Source of the DNA: an uncultured Bacilli bacterium
Lineage (GTDB): Bacteria; Bacillota_I; Bacilli_A; RF39; UBA660
Reading direction: 5' to 3'
Length of the DNA stretch: 64,000 bases
Assembly: GCA_910586195.1 (NCBI GenBank)
Contig: CAJUHO010000003.1
Span: 2,529-66,528, forward strand
Of the stretch, positions 60,578 to 64,000 are shown in pieces. Under the pieces are notes generated by a model that worked only from the letters and a program-made list of their open reading frames with translations, was not told where the DNA came from and searched no databases. How positions within the stretch are numbered: position 1 is the stretch's first letter; each line of letters starts with the position of its first letter. Made by a program: the position numbers and the translations under genes.

Positions 60578-60606
60578 CTCAATCTGAGTTCTTTTTTTTA
60601 TTTAGT
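60578..60606 (+). terminator. rho-independent terminator
   Basis: GGACTCAATCTGAGTTC hairpin followed by T8. Confidence 0.55.
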
Positions 60607-60732
60607 TTACTAAATGGAAATATTTACCAAGGGAATTTATGGGAATAAAGTTTATAATATATATAGAAGTAATTATTAAGGTATAAAGTTTCAAAAATAG
60701 CAGATGATAATTGTAGAAAGAGAGGAATCGTT

Positions 60733-61263
60733 ATGAAAACAACTGGTGTAGTAAGAAGAATAGATGACTTGGGAAGAATTGTTATTCCTAAAGAAATTAG
60801 AAGAACCTTAAGGATTAGAGATGGTGAATCTTTGGAGATATTTGTTGATAAAGAAATGATTGCTTTAAAAAAATATTCTTCTATGGATGATATGACGGAG
60901 ATTGCAAAAACTTTAGCGGATACCATTAGTTCTACAATTAAAAAAAATATTTTTATTACCGATCGTGATAGATTTATTGTTGCAACAGGAGAAGATAGAA
61001 AAAAATATTTAAATAAGGCTATATCAAGAGTGTTAGAACAGCAAATGAATGATCGTGAAGTATTAGTAGAAAAAACTCCTCATTCGATAGAACTCATAGA
61101 TGGCAAAAAAGAGGAATATACTTATATCATCAATCCAATTAATGTAAAAGGGGACGTTGTGGGATTGGTGATTATTCTTTCTCAAGAGAATAGTATTATA
61201 GAAGTAGATGAAAAAATTGCTGTTGTGATAGCAGATTTTCTAAGTAAACATATTGAAGAATAA
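60733..61263 (+). CDS. spoVT: stage V sporulation protein T (AbrB-type DNA-binding domain + GAF-like domain)
   Basis: N-terminus MKTTGVVRRIDDLGRIVIPKEIRRTLRIRDGESLEIFVD is nearly identical to the SpoVT/AbrB swapped-hairpin domain; 176 aa. Confidence 0.88.
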   Translation: MKTTGVVRRIDDLGRIVIPKEIRRTLRIRDGESLEIFVDKEMIALKKYSSMDDMTEIAKTLADTISSTIKKNIFITDRDRFIVATGEDRKKYLNKAISRVLEQQMNDREVLVEKTPHSIELIDGKKEEYTYIINPINVKGDVVGLVIILSQENSIIEVDEKIAVVIADFLSKHIEE

Positions 61264-61289
61264 AAGAGTTTATGATATAATTCAACATA

Positions 61290-61510
61290 TTGATTGTTTT
61301 GATGGAGAGTTTAATAGATAGCATTAGTTAAGAGAGTTCTTGTTGGTGGAAATAGAATCTAATGAACTATTAGATATGGCTTCTGAACTATTAAGTTGAT
61401 AAGTAAGCTTAATCGTTTAATAGGCGTTAACTATTTGAGTGTATAATGAACATTATAAAATAAGGTGGTACCGCGAAGATTCGTCCTTATGTTATAATGT
61501 TTTTTGTGTC
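61290..61510 (+). ncRNA. T-box riboswitch leader (Met-specific by context) upstream of metG
   Basis: Conserved T-box sequence AAGGTGGTACCGCG at 61462-61475; AGAGAG stem-I box near 61330; extended -10 TGATATAAT at 61273-61281; terminator T-run before the RBS. Confidence 0.7.
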
Positions 61511-61527
61511 TATATGGGAGGGATTTT

Positions 61528-63051
61528 ATGAAAGATAAATTTTATATTTCGACAGCTATTACTTATACATCAGGGAAACCACATATTGGGAATACGTATG
61601 AAGTTATTTTAGCAGATGCTATTGCACGCTATAAACGATTGAAGGGTTATGATGTATATTTTCAGACTGGAACGGATGAACATGGCTTGAAAATAGAAGA
61701 TAAAGCTCGTGAAAGTGGACAGACTCCACAACAATTTGTAGATACTATTGCTACAGAAATTAAAAGAATTTGGGATTTGATGAATACTAGTTATGATAAA
61801 TTCGTTAGAACTACGAATCCTCATCATAAAGAGATTGTTCAAAAAATTTTTAAGAAATTATACGATCAAGGAGATATTTATAAAGGCGAATATAAGGGGC
61901 TTTATTGTAAACCTTGTGAATCCTTTTTTACAGATAGTCAATTAGTAGATGGAAAATGTCCGGATTGTGGGCGTGTAGTTGAAGAAGCATGTGAGGAGGC
62001 TTATTTCTTTAGATTAAGCAAGTATCAAAAACAATTAGAAGAATATATTGAAACACATCCTCATTTTATTGAACCAGTTTCTCGTAAAAATGAAATGATT
62101 AATAATTTTTTGAAGCCAGGATTGCAAGATTTATGTGTATCTAGAACTACTTTTGATTGGGGGGTTCCTGTTGACTTCGATTTAAATCATGTGGTTTATG
62201 TTTGGATTGATGCATTATCAAATTATATTACATTTTTAGGGTATGATCCTGATGGTTCTAGTGAAGAATTTCGAAAGTATTGGCCAGCTGATATTCATTT
62301 GATTGGAAAAGATATTTTAAGATTTCATACATTGTATTGGCCTATTTTATTAATGGCTTTGGATTTAGAGTTACCAGAGAGAATTTTTGGACATCCATGG
62401 CTTTTAATGAATAATGATAAGATGAGTAAAAGTAAAGGTAATGTAATTTATGCTGACGATTTAGTAGAAAAGTTTGGAGTGGATGCTGTTCGTTATTATT
62501 TGATTCATGAAATTCCATTTTCTAGTGATGGTAATATTACTTATGAGTTATTAATAGAACGTATTAATGGGGATCTTGCTAATATTCTAGGTAATTTGGT
62601 GCAAAGAACAATTTCAATGGTGAATCAATATTTTAGTGGTCATATTGAAAATTCTCATGTCGATGATCCTAAAGATGAAGAAATATTTACATTAATGAAT
62701 GAGTTAGATGCTAAGGTGGAAGCGAAGATGAATTCTTTGGAAGTAAGTGCGGCGGTTGATGAAGTATTTACATTATTAAGGGCTAGTAATAAATATATTG
62801 ACGAGACAATGCCTTGGGTACTTGCTAAAGATGAAGAAATGAAATTGCGTCTAGAAACCGTTTTGTATAATTTGTTAGAGTCTATTCGGATCTGTGCTGT
62901 TTTTTTAGAACCTATTATTCCGGATACTAGTCGAGAAATATTATTTCAGTTACAAATAGAAAATAAAAGTTTGTCATATCAGGATAATTTAATTTATGAA
63001 GTAGGAACTCCAAGACCTATTTTTAAAAGAATTAACAAGGATAGTTTTTAA
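61528..63051 (+). CDS. metG: methionyl-tRNA synthetase (short form, no C-terminal tRNA-binding domain)
   Basis: KMSKSKGN motif, zinc knuckle CKPCE...CPDCG; HIGH motif reads HIGN; start at MKDKFY after a GGGAGGG RBS. Confidence 0.92.
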   Translation: MKDKFYISTAITYTSGKPHIGNTYEVILADAIARYKRLKGYDVYFQTGTDEHGLKIEDKARESGQTPQQFVDTIATEIKRIWDLMNTSYDKFVRTTNPHHKEIVQKIFKKLYDQGDIYKGEYKGLYCKPCESFFTDSQLVDGKCPDCGRVVEEACEEAYFFRLSKYQKQLEEYIETHPHFIEPVSRKNEMINNFLKPGLQDLCVSRTTFDWGVPVDFDLNHVVYVWIDALSNYITFLGYDPDGSSEEFRKYWPADIHLIGKDILRFHTLYWPILLMALDLELPERIFGHPWLLMNNDKMSKSKGNVIYADDLVEKFGVDAVRYYLIHEIPFSSDGNITYELLIERINGDLANILGNLVQRTISMVNQYFSGHIENSHVDDPKDEEIFTLMNELDAKVEAKMNSLEVSAAVDEVFTLLRASNKYIDETMPWVLAKDEEMKLRLETVLYNLLESIRICAVFLEPIIPDTSREILFQLQIENKSLSYQDNLIYEVGTPRPIFKRINKDSF

Positions 63052-63168
63052 TTTAAATTTGTCAATTTTACAGAAAGGGAATAATTAATTGTTTTCTTTC
63101 TTTATATTTTTTGTTACGATGGAAAGGTAGTGTTGAAGTTGTAGTTGTAGTAAAACTTTAGGAAAGGA

Positions 63169-63375
63169 ATGACTATAATGGATGATACACCTCAACAATA
63201 TGTACCAGATATTTTAATAAAAATGGCAAATATTGATACTGCCTATTTACTAGTTGCTGGGTTTTTAGTTCTATCTATTTCTCAAACTGGAAATATTATT
63301 GATATTTTATATCTGGGTGTAGTAACTTATTCTTATGTTAGAATTAAAATTCATAGGTGGAAATTAAAGAAGTAA
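63169..63375 (+). CDS. small two-TM membrane protein (hypothetical)
   Basis: 68-aa ORF with two hydrophobic helices and a GGAAAGGAATG RBS-like sequence; could be spurious. Confidence 0.3.
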   Translation: MTIMDDTPQQYVPDILIKMANIDTAYLLVAGFLVLSISQTGNIIDILYLGVVTYSYVRIKIHRWKLKK

Positions 63376-63445
63376 GTTAATATCATTGATTAATGATATT
63401 TTTTATTTATAAAATGGTTTTATATTAAAAGGAGGTGTTAGAGGA

Positions 63446-64000
63446 ATGTTTATTGATACACATTGTCATTTATCAAAGCAATATTATGATGATATAGATA
63501 GTATTATAGCAAAGAACAAAGAAAGGGGAGTTGAAAGAATTATTATTTCTGGTTGTGAATTATCTGAGATTGAAGAGAGTCTTTATTATGCAAAAAAGTA
63601 TAATGATGTATATTTATCTTTGGGTTTTCATCCTTCAGAGGTAGACAAAATAGAAAATAGTCATTTTAAAATGTTAGAAAATTTTCTTGGTGAGGAGAAG
63701 GTAGTAGCTCTTGGTGAGATTGGTTTGGATTATCATTATGGTAAAGAAAATAGACTAGAACAAATGAAACTTTTTGAAAAACAATTAAACATTGCTGAGG
63801 CAATGAACTTACCTGTTATTGTTCATTCAAGGGATGCTACACAAGATACTATTGATATATTGAAAAATCATCATGTTAAAGGAGTTATTCATTGTTTTTC
63901 TGGTAGTTATGAGATTGCTAAGCAATATATTGATATGGGATTTTTATTAGGAATAGGTGGTGTTGTTACTTTTAAGAATAGTAATTTACCTAAAGTGATT
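63446..64000 (+). CDS. tatD: TatD-family metal-dependent DNase/hydrolase (YabD), 3' truncated by window edge
   Basis: MFIDTHCHL start and GEIGLDYHY motif; AAAGGAGGTG RBS; follows metG as in Bacillus; no stop before the window end. Confidence 0.88.
   Translation, partial: MFIDTHCHLSKQYYDDIDSIIAKNKERGVERIIISGCELSEIEESLYYAKKYNDVYLSLGFHPSEVDKIENSHFKMLENFLGEEKVVALGEIGLDYHYGKENRLEQMKLFEKQLNIAEAMNLPVIVHSRDATQDTIDILKNHHVKGVIHCFSGSYEIAKQYIDMGFLLGIGGVVTFKNSNLPKVI

Overview
This window is the replication-origin region of a very AT-rich (about 28-30% GC) Firmicutes chromosome. The organism looks like an endospore-forming Clostridia or Erysipelotrichia-like bacterium. Gene order follows the classic low-GC Gram-positive oriC neighbourhood. 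On the minus strand it reads (tagO-like)-mreB/mbl-spoIIID-spoIIQ-like, rpiB, rpmE, murA, fba, spoIIR, prmC-prfA, rpoE, argS, then divergently ponA and gerQ-like. It continues ung-rlmH-yycJ-like-M23/LysM-dnaB(helicase)-rplI-DHH-rpsR-ssb-rpsF-ychF, AbgT-DUF951-mscS, spo0J-soj-noc-rsmG-mnmG-mnmE-(hyp)-jag-yidC-rnpA-rpmH. These are followed by oriC with DnaA boxes on both sides of dnaA, then dnaA-dnaN-(comK)-recF-gyrB-gyrA-tadA. After a roughly 1 kb repeat array come dnaX-ybaB-recR-bofA-holB-yaaT(ricT)-yabB-rsmI-pth-mfd-(hyp)-spoVT, a T-box, then metG and tatD. No rRNA, tRNA or CRISPR was recognised. Several things depart from the conserved backbone. A roughly 950 bp tandem array in the tadA-dnaX gap is built from two perfect palindromes (TTATTTCCCGGGAAATAA and AATGTTTCACGTGAAACATT), and it sits where Bacillus carries the SRP RNA gene. 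The same 24 bp palindrome occurs in-frame inside dnaX at the domain III/tau junction. A ComK-family gene replaces yaaA between dnaN and recF. Three lineage-specific hypothetical genes are inserted into otherwise invariant synteny. A DUF1934-like domain is fused in-frame to argS. Noc has a long acidic C-terminal extension. A stand-alone DHH protein has degenerate catalytic motifs, and MetRS shows HIGN in place of HIGH.
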